Of a DNA stretch of 64,000 nt, positions 51,321 to 64,000 are shown one piece after another. A program made the position numbers and the translations under genes. Location: positions 81,282,001 to 81,346,000 of the forward strand of contig NC_042998.1 in the NCBI RefSeq assembly GCF_006345805.1, given 5' to 3'. Under the pieces are notes generated by a model. The model had not been told where the DNA came from and did no database searches. It worked only from the letters and a program-made list of their open reading frames with translations. This DNA is from Octopus sinensis (taxonomy: Eukaryota). How positions within the stretch are numbered: position 1 is the stretch's first letter; each line of letters begins with the position of its first letter.

Positions 51321-52036
51321 AGTGTAAGGAAAGGGAAAATATATAGGTGTAGACGATCTTTAATCTAAACTTGGTACAAATCCAATAAATATTTTACAAA
51401 TCGTTTCCAAGCCTAAATAATTCCCAAAACAAAACGGAAAAATGTGTGTGTGTGCGCGCGCGTGTGTGTGTGTCTGTATACATCCACGTACATTACAGGT
51501 GCAATTAAAGATATGTAGAAGAGATGCTTGTATCAAAAGCACGTGCTTTCGTGTAATATACATATGTATATAAAACTAATCCACACATCCACAGATATAG
51601 GCTATCAGACAAGCCTGCAACCTGGAGTGGCGCTTGTTTGTTCTTCAAATAAATTCATGAAAATCCAGAAATAACCAAATTTTTTATAATCGCAAATGTC
51701 GAATAAAATTTTTCAGAATTGCCTACAAAATGATATGCCGACCAACCTCAAGAAAATACCGAATATATACATATCGGGTTGGTATGTATATATACATACC
51801 GTGTTCAAATTAACATATCCAACTGAGTATGTATATATTTGATGAAAGCAAATGAATTTAGTGGAGTGTGGTATATGTGTGCCAGATTAAAGCTGACCAA
51901 ACTCCAGCAGGTATACAGTTCTACCATTATGTATATACATGTGTGTGTGTGTGTATGTATTTGTGTGTGTGTGTGTGTAATGTATGTGCTTGTTGATGAA
52001 TCACGAATATTTGTATATGGTATAGCGTAATGTGTA

Positions 52037-52248
52037 CGAGGGGGTGCTGAAAGTTCATAGATTTAAGTGTATCACGAATGGCCTGGTTGGAGACCCAACC
52101 TTCTGAGTTCTTTTACAGGGCGTAGAAAAACAGAACCACTGCAATAAATATGTGAATTTGAGTGTGGAATATGCTGAATAAAATCATAATTGACTAATCA
52201 TCCTGTATTTTATTTTACTGAAAACTAGGAACTTTTCAGCACCCTTCA
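52037..52248. mobile_element. Mariner-derived MITE, homolog of 41931-42124
   Basis: TA-CGAGGGGGTGCTGAAAGTTC ... GAACTTTTCAGCACCCT; shared GGAATATGCTGAATAAAATCATAATT. Confidence 0.85.
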
Positions 52249-53696
52249 CATATATATATTCATTGGATTTTTGCTTGAATGCGTATTTGTTCATATGCTG
52301 CTAACAAAAGTATATGACATCGATAATTTAATTCGAGATATTGAGTTGTTCCGAGTTGGAAAAGCATTTGTCTGTCACGCCGAACACTGAAGAAATAAGA
52401 GCCGTTGTTTTGGACAAAATGGAAGATGCAGAGGTACTGATAATGAGAGCTTCTGGACAGCGGATTATCCATCGAGTTTTTGTTGGATATCTTTAAGTTG
52501 TTATACAGATCTGATAATCCCTAACCCATTTTGTATAAATATAATAATGAAGATAGTCGGAATTTGATGCAGTAAATGTAGCTTGGAAGATTTGAAGCTA
52601 TCTGGAGCAGCTGTTAGTTTCGTTAAGATTGGTGTTCAGAAGGACAAGTTGTTTATGATAACTGGTACCGGCGGGAAATAAAAGAGTCGAATTGAATGCT
52701 TGTGAAGGGGAAAGACCTGTTAACCAGTCTGTTGCTACTTAAGATAACAGAAGCGCTTGATTGTTGAGAAGAGTTGAATATGAATGATGTGGGAAGTATA
52801 TTGTTAGGTCGACAGAATTGGAACAGGCAAAAACGTGGATGTATGTGCGTGTGTGTTTAACGAAATCGTAGTCATTTAAAAAACAAATTCAAAATGTTCT
52901 TAGACCTGATGTAATTAATTTTGGAACAGAAAAGGACTGAATTTAAGTAATTCGTTTCTGGACTCCTTAAACATTAATCTGAGAAAGAGTAATCTTTTGC
53001 GCATACGAAGTGTTTGTAAACGTAGAACAATCTATATTTTATATGCTTTAAGTCTAAAGTAAATTCGCCAGTCCATATATTGAATATATTGTCAATGTAG
53101 ATTACATCCTAAAACTTTACTATAACTTTTAGTATAACTTAAATTTAAGACACGTCTTTTTTGTATATTTAAACAGATGTTTTTAACATCACTATGATGA
53201 AAAAGGGAATTGAATACACAAAACTGTTTAATCTCTCGGAGATAAACTAGGATCTAACTCATTAGTTTCTTGTCCTCTTTGGGCTTCAATGGAAGTAAAT
53301 ATCTTTTTCAATCCTGTTGACTGATTTGTAGCTTTTGCGTATGTATGAATGTATCAGAGATAGATTCATACATACACACATATATAATTATATAATATAA
53401 GACTGTGTATGATGATTGTGTATAGAAGAATATAATAAACAATAACATTCCAATTTGGTCTCATTTTCACGTCATATTTTTAAATTTTCCAATTTTCCAA
53501 TTTTAATATTGAAATAAACTAGTACTTTCATGGTTGCGGAATCATCAGGCTTATGTAGTGACAGCCGTATTCCACAACTGATACAATTAACAGTTGTCAG
53601 TTGTGCAACACGACTGTCACTACATAAACCCCTACACACACATACACACTCACACATACACACACACACACACACGCGCGCGCGCGCATATATGTA

Positions 53697-54114
53697 ATTG
53701 AGATTCAGTTGAATCATGCAATTAAGTTGAAGTATCAAGTCAGTCCGGTATTGTCCGCAGAGCTCGAAGTAAGGTGAATATCATCAAAATAACAGGATAG
53801 TAAGTAGTGATGTAGTACGACCGTTTCAAGTGGCTCCATTTAATTGAACAATGCAATCATTACATCAATTTAAGTGCAGTGCTATCCTCAGCTTGACAAA
53901 TAAATAGATAGAATTTTAACCAGTAGGTGCATTAGTATAATTTTTCTCAAATATTTTAATGTGCCCTACTTGTTAAAATTCTATTTATTCATTTGTGCAG
54001 CAGATGGCACTGCATTTAAATTAATGTAATCATTGCATTGCTCAATTAAATGGATCCGCTTGAAACGGTCGCACAGCATCACGACTTGCTAACCTGTTGC
54101 TTACTTTGATCATA
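53697..54114. mobile_element. Second foldback element with 77-bp leader and ~335-bp palindrome
   Basis: Arms 53779-53945 and 53950-54114 are reverse complements; leader about 75% identical and ungapped to 9881-9957. Confidence 0.8.
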
Positions 54115-54316
54115 TATATATATATATATATTTTTTTAATGGTTGATGAAGAATTGGTGACCTTCTGTGTTTTCTGTTCCCTTGTGTATTCATTATATGT
54201 TCGTTTGTTTATTTACTACACGTATTTTTGAATTATATATATATGTTTGTCATATTCTCCGTTTTATTTAATCTTGGAATATATATATATTAATATATAT
54301 AAATATATATATATAT

Positions 54317-54881
<565 letters not shown>

Positions 54882-55015
54882 GTTATTATTGTTATTATTA
54901 TTACCATCATCATCATCATTATTATTATTGTTATTATTATTATTATTTATTATTATTATTTTTATTATTATTATTATCATTATTATTACTATCATTATTA
55001 TTATTATTATTATTA

Positions 55016-55047
<32 letters not shown>

Positions 55048-55095
55048 TATTATTATTATTAGTTTTATTATTATTATTCAGTAGTTTCATCTTTA

Positions 55096-55247
55096 TCATA
55101 TGCTTTCATTGCACTACCGAGCGCAGCTGTGTGTATCTTGGGTATGTGCTGTGGTTTGTTGTGGAGCTCTTATTTTCAATGTACTGAAAGTGTTTTACGT
55201 TGGATGTGTGCGGTGCTTAGTAGTGCTATTTTCTGTATGTTATATGT
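55096..55247 (-). mobile_element. 3' end of an R4/Dong-type RLE LINE next to a (TAA)n array
   Basis: YNIQKIALLSTAHIQRKTLSVH* on minus; same family as 27325-27500. Confidence 0.85.
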
Positions 55248-55408
55248 GCGCAGGAGTGGCTGCGAGGTAAGTATGTTGCTTAAAAATCACATGGTTCCGT
55301 GTTCAGTCCCACTGCGTGGCACTTCGACAACTGTCTTCTACTATAGCCTCTGGCGGCCAAAGTCTTTTGAGTAAATTTGGTAGACGGAAACTGAGAGAAG
55401 CCCATCGT
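55248..55408 (+). mobile_element. 5' half of the bipartite SINE (tRNA-Gly-like head)
   Basis: GCGCAGGAGTGGCTG..GTAAG..CACATGGTTCCGTGTTCAGTCCCACTGCGTGGCAC..GACGGAAACTGAGAGAAGCCC. Confidence 0.9.
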
Positions 55409-55417
55409 ATATTTGCA

Positions 55418-55480
<63 letters not shown>

Positions 55481-55482
<2 letters not shown>

Positions 55483-55667
55483 TGCCTTGATAGATTGCTA
55501 GCCACTACACATTCTTCATTTTCTATCCTTGTTTCTTTCTGCCTTCAATTCTGGGGAAGAGCGTAGGCTCGAAACGTTAAAGACTTTTCACTTACCGTGT
55601 GTTAAAGTAATACATCTGTTTCTTGTCTACACCATCTGTCTTCATCTTTTGTTTTTTTGTGAATTCT

Positions 55668-55670
<3 letters not shown>
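55481..55670 (+). mobile_element. ~200-bp hammerhead-bearing repeat in (TA)n
   Basis: CTGGGGAA-GAGC-gtag-GCTC-GAAA-CGTT-AAAG; homolog of 12481-12682. Confidence 0.7.
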
Positions 55671-55698
<28 letters not shown>

Positions 55699-56886
55699 CT
55701 AGCATTAAAGACCCATCGTTGCCGGGTCATAGTGCTAGTGCATGTATATATGTGTATATATATGTGTACATATATATATATGTGTACATCTATATATACA
55801 CATCTACACATAAAATACAAAATACAAAGTTATATCTTGATATCGCTAGAGATAACAATACTCAAAATATATAACAGACTGGAATTGTTAGCCAGTCTCT
55901 TGTAATTTCCATCAATTGTATCTTGTCCTCCCTCTTGTATAGAGGTGTGGCTACAATCCAGCCTACCTCTACTTCGGGGAGGGGGGGCATTTAAAATTTT
56001 TTTCCGGGACGTCCTGCGTTCCAGATATAAAGGTAAAAATAAAATATTTCCACTTTGTAAGTTCGAGTCGAGTACTCCCTTCCACGCTCCGTTGAGTCGA
56101 ACCTTGCTTCTATTGTGGCGAATTTATTTCCTCTGATTAGATATCTTTCATAGTCGCACCAAGACACTTTTCGATGGTGCTTTCCTCCATGTGTTCAAAT
56201 ATTCTTTTTTCTCTACATTGTATACTTTATAGACAATAGTCTTTTCTTTAATTTAATTTTTTATTATCCATCTGGACTATACCATTTCTGCACGCTAATT
56301 TTATTTTTAATTTATTCCCATTCACGTGAAACCACTTATTCAAGTTCAAGTCATTGATGCAATTTTATAACAATTGCTATTTTTACTTTTGTTATGTTAC
56401 GATTATATTATACTTTAGTTTGATTTTAATTATTACTTAATACATATAATTCAATTGTTATTATTAATTCTAATGTTAAAGTAAAAGTATCTGACATAAA
56501 ATAGGGAAATATTTTGGTTTCACTTTTAACACGTAATACTGAAATAGTGGAGAAGATATGATATTGCTATGGGCTCGCTCTAGGCAAGAAGTTGAACATT
56601 ATTTTTGCCCATGAAACTACATGGACCCTAAGTAAGGCATGTGTAAAATTTGAATGAAATTGGTTGTGTAGTTCTCAAGTTTTAGGGAATCGTAGTGGAG
56701 AAGATATGATATTGCTGCGGGGTCGCCCTAGGCAAAAAGTTAAAAATTATTTGCCGATGACACTCCCCGGACCCTAAGTAAGGCATGGGTAAAATTTGAA
56801 TGAAATTAGTTGTGTAGTTCTCAAGTGTTAGGGAAACACACAAACAGACAGACAGACACAAATTCTCAGTTTTATATATATAAAGA
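55699..56886 (-). mobile_element. Non-autonomous Helitron-like element with internal 148-bp tandem repeat
   Basis: Minus 5' end TCTTTATATATATAAAA; units 56545-56692 and 56693-56836; GACCC/GGGTC hairpin plus CTAG at 55699-55738. Confidence 0.65.
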
Positions 56887-56894
56887 TATATATT

Positions 56895-56948
<54 letters not shown>

Positions 56949-56999
56949 TATATATATATATATACACACACACACATACACATATATATATAAATACAA

Positions 57000-57044
<45 letters not shown>

Positions 57045-57099
57045 CAAATGTATATATATATATATAAATATGTGTGCGTGTGTTTTATATAGGTTTGTG

Positions 57100-57300
57100 T
57101 TTGTTCCCCGCTACCATTCCTTGACAACATATGTTGGGGTGTTTACGTCCCCCGTAACGTAGCGGTTTGGCAAAGGAGACCGAATGGGTAAGTACTAGGC
57201 TGAAAAAGAATAAGTCCTGGGATTGATTTATTCGACTAAAGGCGCTGCTCCAGCCTGGCCGCATTGAAGTGACTGACACAACTAAAAGAGTAAAAGAGTA
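57100..57300 (+). mobile_element. 3' half of the bipartite SINE
   Basis: GTGTTTACGTCCCCGTAACGTAGCGGTTTGGCAAAGGAGACCG..CTCCAGCCTGGCCGCA..AAAAGAGTAAAAGAGT. Confidence 0.9.
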
Positions 57301-57312
57301 ATATGTATGTTC

Positions 57313-57388
<76 letters not shown>

Positions 57389-57432
57389 GTATATATATAT
57401 ATATCTGTGCGTGTACATATTATCCGATATAC

Positions 57433-57527
<95 letters not shown>

Positions 57528-57569
57528 ATATATATATATATATATATACGTGAGTATATATATATAAAT

Positions 57570-58425
57570 TATAATATGGGACAAGAACGCAAAACATCCG
57601 GACAGTTAGGTGGTACAAAAGTGGAACAACAAAGCCTCCAGATAGAATATACGAAAAAAACTAGGAATGGGCATTCGAAGCTTTCTTTTCTCAGTCGAGT
57701 ACCAGATGATCATCGCAATTTCGGCTGATTATACTCGAGGCTGCTCCAATCTAGCCAGCTCCAAGGAAAAACTAAGCTAAGAGCATTAGATTCCTTGGAA
57801 GAAAGCAGCGAATGTATACAAGAACAAGAACGAAAAACAACGGACAATGTTGCATAGATACAATAAAAATGATAACAGGACATAAAAACAAGGTGTCTTT
57901 CGACTAAGGACGAATTAAGTTAATCTGGCGTGTGTGGGTATGAAGCCTTACGGCAGGGATACAAGATTTCACAGTCACAGGGAGGAATATTGATGTTGCA
58001 CAGACAACGGCCAGACCAAGAAAGAAAGATCAGGCTTGGCTGAATGCCGGTCACGTGGGAAGAGAAGAGAGAGAGAGGTAGAGGCAGAGGGACAGAAGAA
58101 TTAATAAGGGGTGAGAAAAAATAAATGACAGGGACACGGTGAAGTGAAAAGGGTGGGGGGAAGTGAGCAAGAAGAGTAGGCAAAGAGATATGAGAGAGGG
58201 GGACCGAAAGAACGAAGAGTGGAATGAACCTATAAGCGTGAAAGGGCTGATAGACAGAAATAGAGTCGTACAAGATTTAGAAAAATCTATACTTACATAT
58301 GATAAAACAAAGTGTAGGTACGCCGTTATATATATATATATATATATATGTACAATACAAAATAGGACAAGAACGCAAAACATCTGGAGAGTTAGGTGAT
58401 ACAAAAATGGGAAAACAAAACATGC
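57570..58425. mobile_element. Repeat bounded by ~55-bp direct repeats (pseudo-LTR-like), probably Penelope-derived
   Basis: GGACAAGAACGCAAAACATC.GGA.AGTTAGGTG.TACAAAA at 57578 and 58366; no convincing protein motif. Confidence 0.45.
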
Positions 58426-58432
58426 GATAGAC

Positions 58433-58465
<33 letters not shown>

Positions 58466-59250
58466 CACACATGTGCATGGTTTAGTTCGTGCGTTGAATG
58501 AAATAAATACTTATGTTTACATTGTTGAAGCAAATTTGCAATGTAGTTTCATATTTTGCTGTTGAAAATCGTTCGTTATTAACTAGTAACAGCGAGACCT
58601 ATTCACATATGCAGATTTTATCAATCTCTAAAATATATATTATTTCCTCTTTTCTTCTGATTTAATTATGCCCAAGTCACTTAATATCAGTTACTGAAAT
58701 GGCGCCGTTAAAAGTAAAATATTCCGCTCTATTTCTAATAGACAGTCTTCCGTACTGTATAGATATTAATTACATAAATGAAATCTTCCTCAGTGTTATT
58801 ATATAAATTATAAATTGCTTTCATATAGAAAACGTTCAAAGCGACAAGCACTGAAGTCATAAACACGATACTCATTCAGGCTTCACCCTTACAAGCGTTT
58901 CACCTATGTGTGAACAAAAACACGTTTTTACTTACGCTTGCCTTAGCAGAAAATGTTTATATCTGCTTAGGGAATCATTATAGAATATATATTGCAACAC
59001 ATGGCAAATCTGGGCTTCGTTTTCCGATAAATTAATTATGTCTTCACTTTCGAAATAGTGCTTTACGAAATAAAATTTTATACGTTTATACATACATACA
59101 TGCATGCATGCATACATACATACATACATACATACATACATACATACATACACACACGCATACATACATACATACATACATACATGCATACATACACACA
59201 TACATATATGTATGTATATATACGTATATGTACACACACACACACACACC

Positions 59251-59287
<37 letters not shown>

Positions 59288-59304
59288 ATATAATGTGTCT
59301 TTGC

Positions 59305-59462
59305 TTGTCCCCCCCTACCATCGCTTCACCACCGATATTGGTGTGCTTACGTTCCCGTAACGTAGCAATTCGGCAAACGAGACCGATAGAATAAGTACTA
59401 GGCTTACAAAGAATAAGTCCTGGGGGCGATTTGTTCGAATGAGTCCATAAAAGAACAAAAGA
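59305..59462 (+). mobile_element. 3' half of the bipartite SINE, truncated
   Basis: GTCCCCCC..CCGATATTGGTGTGCTTACGTTCCCGTAAC..GAATAAGTACTAGGCTTACAAAGAATAAGTCC. Confidence 0.85.
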
Positions 59463-59586
59463 ATATATATATATATATATATATATGTAGGTCCCGGGTT
59501 GATTCGGGGTTAACCACAGTAATAAGGTACTCAATACATAGCAGAGTAAAATTAATTTATTATATTTATTATATAGAAGCTCCTTC

Positions 59587-59630
<44 letters not shown>

Positions 59631-59681
59631 ATTATTATTATTTATTATTATTATTATATTATTATTATTATTATTATTATG

Positions 59682-59756
<75 letters not shown>

Positions 59757-59787
59757 TATTATTATTATTCTTATTATTATTATTATC

Positions 59788-60226
59788 AAGGCAGTGACCT
59801 GGCAGAATCGTTAGCACGCCGGTAGAAATGCTTAGCAGTATTTCGCCTACCGCTACCTTCAGAGTTCTAATTCCGCCGAGGTCGACTTTACCTTTCATTC
59901 TTTCGGGGTCGATAAATGAATTACCACTGAAATAATAGGAACGATGTAATCGACTAGTCTTCTTTCAAAATGTCAGGCCTTTGCCGATAATAGAAAGGGT
60001 TATTTTTATTATTAAAGCGGCGAGCTGGCAGAATCTTTAGTACGCCGAGTGATACGCTTAGCAGTATTTCGCCCGTCGCTACGTCCTGAGTTCAAATTCT
60101 GCCGAGGTCCACTTTGCCTTTTGTCCTTTCTGGGTCGATAAAATAAGTACCAGATGAACACTGCGGTCGATGTAATCAACTGGTCTCCTACCCTAAAATT
60201 GCTGACCTTGTGGCAAAGTTTGAAAC
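59788..60226 (+). mobile_element. Two tandem family A SINEs
   Basis: GGCAGTGACCTGGCAGAATCGTTAGCACGCC.. and GCGGCGAGCTGGCAGAATC..; core GGGTCGATAAA..TACCA. Confidence 0.9.
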
Positions 60227-60258
60227 AATTATTACTATCATCATCATCATCATCATCA

Positions 60259-60338
<80 letters not shown>

Positions 60339-60892
60339 GAGTGAGAGAGCAGTGCATGCAATCAAAGTGACACTGGGGTAAAATATACGAAGCCCAATAT
60401 ACCCATCATGACTACCCGTCTGATAAGGGTACACCAGACACATGCATCACAACCATATGTGCGCGACATGATGATCTCATATCAAGATAAACAGCACATT
60501 ACCTTGCAGGTGGGGCCCAGTTAGAATTTTCTTCAGGTTGAGTAGCCCATCCCGCTCAAAAGGTCCATGAATAAGGGTTGTTTAAGGATGTTGAAAGAAC
60601 CACCCATGTTTCCAGAGGGGATTTATTCAAACCCCAAAGAATCCCTCTCAACACATGGCTATGATGCTCCCCCACTACTTCTGCTCGTGATCAGAGATGC
60701 ACATATCGTCAGCCACTAAGGGACATGCTCAACTGGTTAAGGTCAAACAACTGACAAGCAAATCTGTGGCATTGAGCAGAATATTTGCTGTAGCCCATCT
60801 TTTATACCAAGACAAAACAATGTACGTGATAACACTTCCAATCAGTTAAGATCAGAAGCCATGAGAGCAGCTGCCTGGTACTGCATCAGGGC

Positions 60893-60895
<3 letters not shown>
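60339..60895. mobile_element. Full ~550-bp (TTA)n-embedded element
   Basis: Both termini intact within (TTA)n. Confidence 0.9.
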
Positions 60896-60961
<66 letters not shown>

Positions 60962-60970
60962 TACTATTAC

Positions 60971-61013
<43 letters not shown>

Positions 61014-61567
61014 GAGTGAGAGAGCAGTGCATGCCCTCATAGTGACACTGGGCTAAAATATACCAAGCTCAGTATACCCATCATGATTACCCGGCTGATA
61101 AAGGTACACCAAACACGTGTATCACAACCATATGTGCGTGACATGGTGATCTCATATCAAGATAAACAGCGCATGACCCTGCAGGTGGGGCCCAGTTTGA
61201 ATTTTCTTCTGGTCAAATAGCCCATCCCGCTCAAAAGGTCCCTGAATAAGGATTGTTTAAGGATGTTGAACGAACCATCCGTGTTTCCAAAGGTGAATTA
61301 TCCAAGCCTCCAAGAATTCCTTTCAACACACGGCTATGATGCTCCCCCACTACTTCTGCTCGGGATCAGATATGCATATATTGTCAGCCACTAAGAGACA
61401 TGGTCAACTGGTTAAGGTCAAACAACTGACAAGCAAATCTGTGGTATTGAGCAGAATATTTGCTGTAGCTCATCTTTTATACCAAGACAAAGCAATGTAC
61501 ATGATAACACTTCCAATCAGTTAAGATCAGGAGCCATGAGAGCCACTGTCTGGTACTGCATCAGGGC

Positions 61568-61570
<3 letters not shown>
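61014..61570. mobile_element. Full ~550-bp element, tandem with and diverged from the previous copy
   Basis: Same termini; many substitutions relative to 60339-60895, so not a recent duplicate. Confidence 0.9.
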
Positions 61571-62103
<533 letters not shown>

Positions 62104-62115
62104 TGTATAACGACT

Positions 62116-62325
62116 GTGAGCTGGGAGAATCATTAGCACGCTGGATGAAATATTTGGCGCTATTTCGCACGTCATTACGCTCTGCGTTGAAATTCAGCCG
62201 ATGTCGACTTTGCCTTTCATCTTATGAGATCGCTAAAATAATTACCAGTGCAGTACTGAGGTTGATATAATCAACTTAATCCCTCCAGCGAAATTTCAGC
62301 CCTTGTGTCTTTAGTAGGAAGAATA
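62116..62325 (+). mobile_element. Family A SINE
   Basis: GTGAGCTGGGAGAATCATTAGCACGCTGGATGAAAT..GTCGACTTTGCCTTTCATC. Confidence 0.85.
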
Positions 62326-62809
62326 ATTATAATTATTAATATCATTATTATTTTCATTATCGTCATCATTAACATTGTCATCATTATTTACCTATTTATG
62401 ACACTTCACTTAAAAGCGATATTTTCTTCAAGCATCTTGACAGCAAGTAGCTATGAATCTCACAAATCTTTCTTAGAACTCTTGGCAGAATAGAATATAG
62501 CACTTTTCTGCATGTTGCCAGTGCGTGTATTAACTGCACTATTCTTTATCCTCTTAAATTCTGGCTATTTTGCTACGTGCACCATTTAATACAATAATAA
62601 TTGTAACTTCGTCATCCACAATTTTTTCTTCCCTCTGATTTGGGTCTGATATTTTTCGATTTTCTCACGCTGTTTGGTACTCAATCTAGTGCTATATGAT
62701 ATTGCAAAGTCTATGAACGAATATTGTTATTTTTTGTCCGCGCCAAACTTATCTGGTCTCGTTGCTTCATTAGAATGGTTACTTTGTTTCATGTTATCAT
62801 AAGAAATTA

Positions 62810-63455
62810 TGTAATTATTGTTGTTGTATTTAGGACTGGTCATGTTGCCAGTTTAGCCAATAAAAACACACGCACTATATATTTGGTGTTAATTTGCTTC
62901 AGCTTTATTTATTTTTTACATTAATTTTAATCTTATTTCGGCCAGAGTTCTTTCGTCACACTTCTGTGACCTCATCAGTAGTCCTTTGCTTTCTTCTTTC
63001 TTATTTGTGCGTCTCTCCTTAATAGCGGTCAGCCATTTTGTATTTTGTATTCCTATTATATGTGTCTTTATTTGTGCATGCGTATAACCCTATGTGTGTC
63101 TATGTTTAGTTAGTGTGTGTGTGTGTGTGGGAGGGGGCTGTGATATTTGCATCTCCTGTTTATACACGTTTGTATAATTTGTTTTTTGTTTATTTTGTTC
63201 ATGTGTTTACACCTACTTATCTTATTTGTATTTAATTGAATTTTTATTTGAATTTTGTTAATGTATGTAGTTATTTAATTCCATTTGTTCATCTGTGTAT
63301 TTTATTGTTTTTAGTTTTGTTTATATTGTTATCAGTGCGTGTGTTTGTATTGGCTAAACTGGCAACATGACCATTCCTAAATACAACAACATCTGTTTCA
63401 ACACAAGATTTCACATCAAGAATCTTGCAAAACAAATATATATGTAATTATTGTT
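62810..63455. mobile_element. Inverted Penelope-terminal arrangement with hammerhead core
   Basis: 62815-62875 is the reverse complement of 63333-63390; minus strand CTGATGA-G-GTCACA-gaag-TGTGAC-GAAA at ~62950-62982; tail AAGAATCTTGCAAA shared with 44245. Confidence 0.6.
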
Positions 63456-64000
63456 TTCCACCACAGCCTTTGGCGTTTGTTAATAGTATTTTTTGTCACT
63501 GGGTATCCGTAAATTCAACTAACATTCCAATGCACATCACGCAGTAATACCTGCACTTATATTGTTTTTTCTACTTACTTTACTGGATTCACTAAACAGA
63601 TCGCTAATCTTTTCGTCTCCTTCTACACACTTTCAACATTTGCTATTTGATGGTTTTTATTTAAAGGTCAAATGTTGTCTTTATTAATTTCATTTTAACA
63701 GTTTGTTCCCGCGTAGCTGTCGTTAGATCAGTAGATGTTACGGACTGAAATCAAAAACGACATCATATTCAATGAAGACCGTAGGATACACTTTGCGCAA
63801 TTAAAATTTTTAATTTTTTGGAAAATAATTACTTTATGCTTGGAATGGACACAGTATTTTTATAACTGATGAAAATTAATTTCGTTGCTAAGTACAAGAA
63901 TTGAAAAAAAAACAATGATAATTTGGACTTAATATTGCAATACAATCTTACACTATGCTGAAGATATTAAATGTTTATAGCTTTTAATGCGACAGCAGGC

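Overview
AT-rich, microsatellite-saturated eukaryotic DNA, most consistent with an octopus (Octopus sp.) genome. That assignment comes from my recognition of the SINE families and microsatellite style, not from a database search. No intact host gene can be demonstrated. Almost all ORFs in the supplied track are microsatellite translations or antisense frames of repeats. Supportable content: (1) decayed autonomous TEs - Penelope-like elements (RT + GIY-YIG), Tc1 and mariner transposons with TIRs, a Helitron PIF1-helicase remnant, and restriction-like-endonuclease (R4/Dong-type) LINE remnants; (2) many tRNA-derived SINEs, MITEs and Helitron/Helentron derivatives; (3) a few unique segments that may be exons. 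Most interesting: two ORF1-only Tx1/L1-like elements stacked at the same 17-bp site in a SINE tRNA head; several minimal hammerhead-ribozyme motifs (including U3-A8 variants) at inverted Penelope ends; a foldback family with a one-sided conserved 77-bp leader ending in a splice-donor-like motif; and an unclassified ~550-bp element that sits in (TTA)n arrays. Coordinates were read by eye and ends may be off by a few bases.
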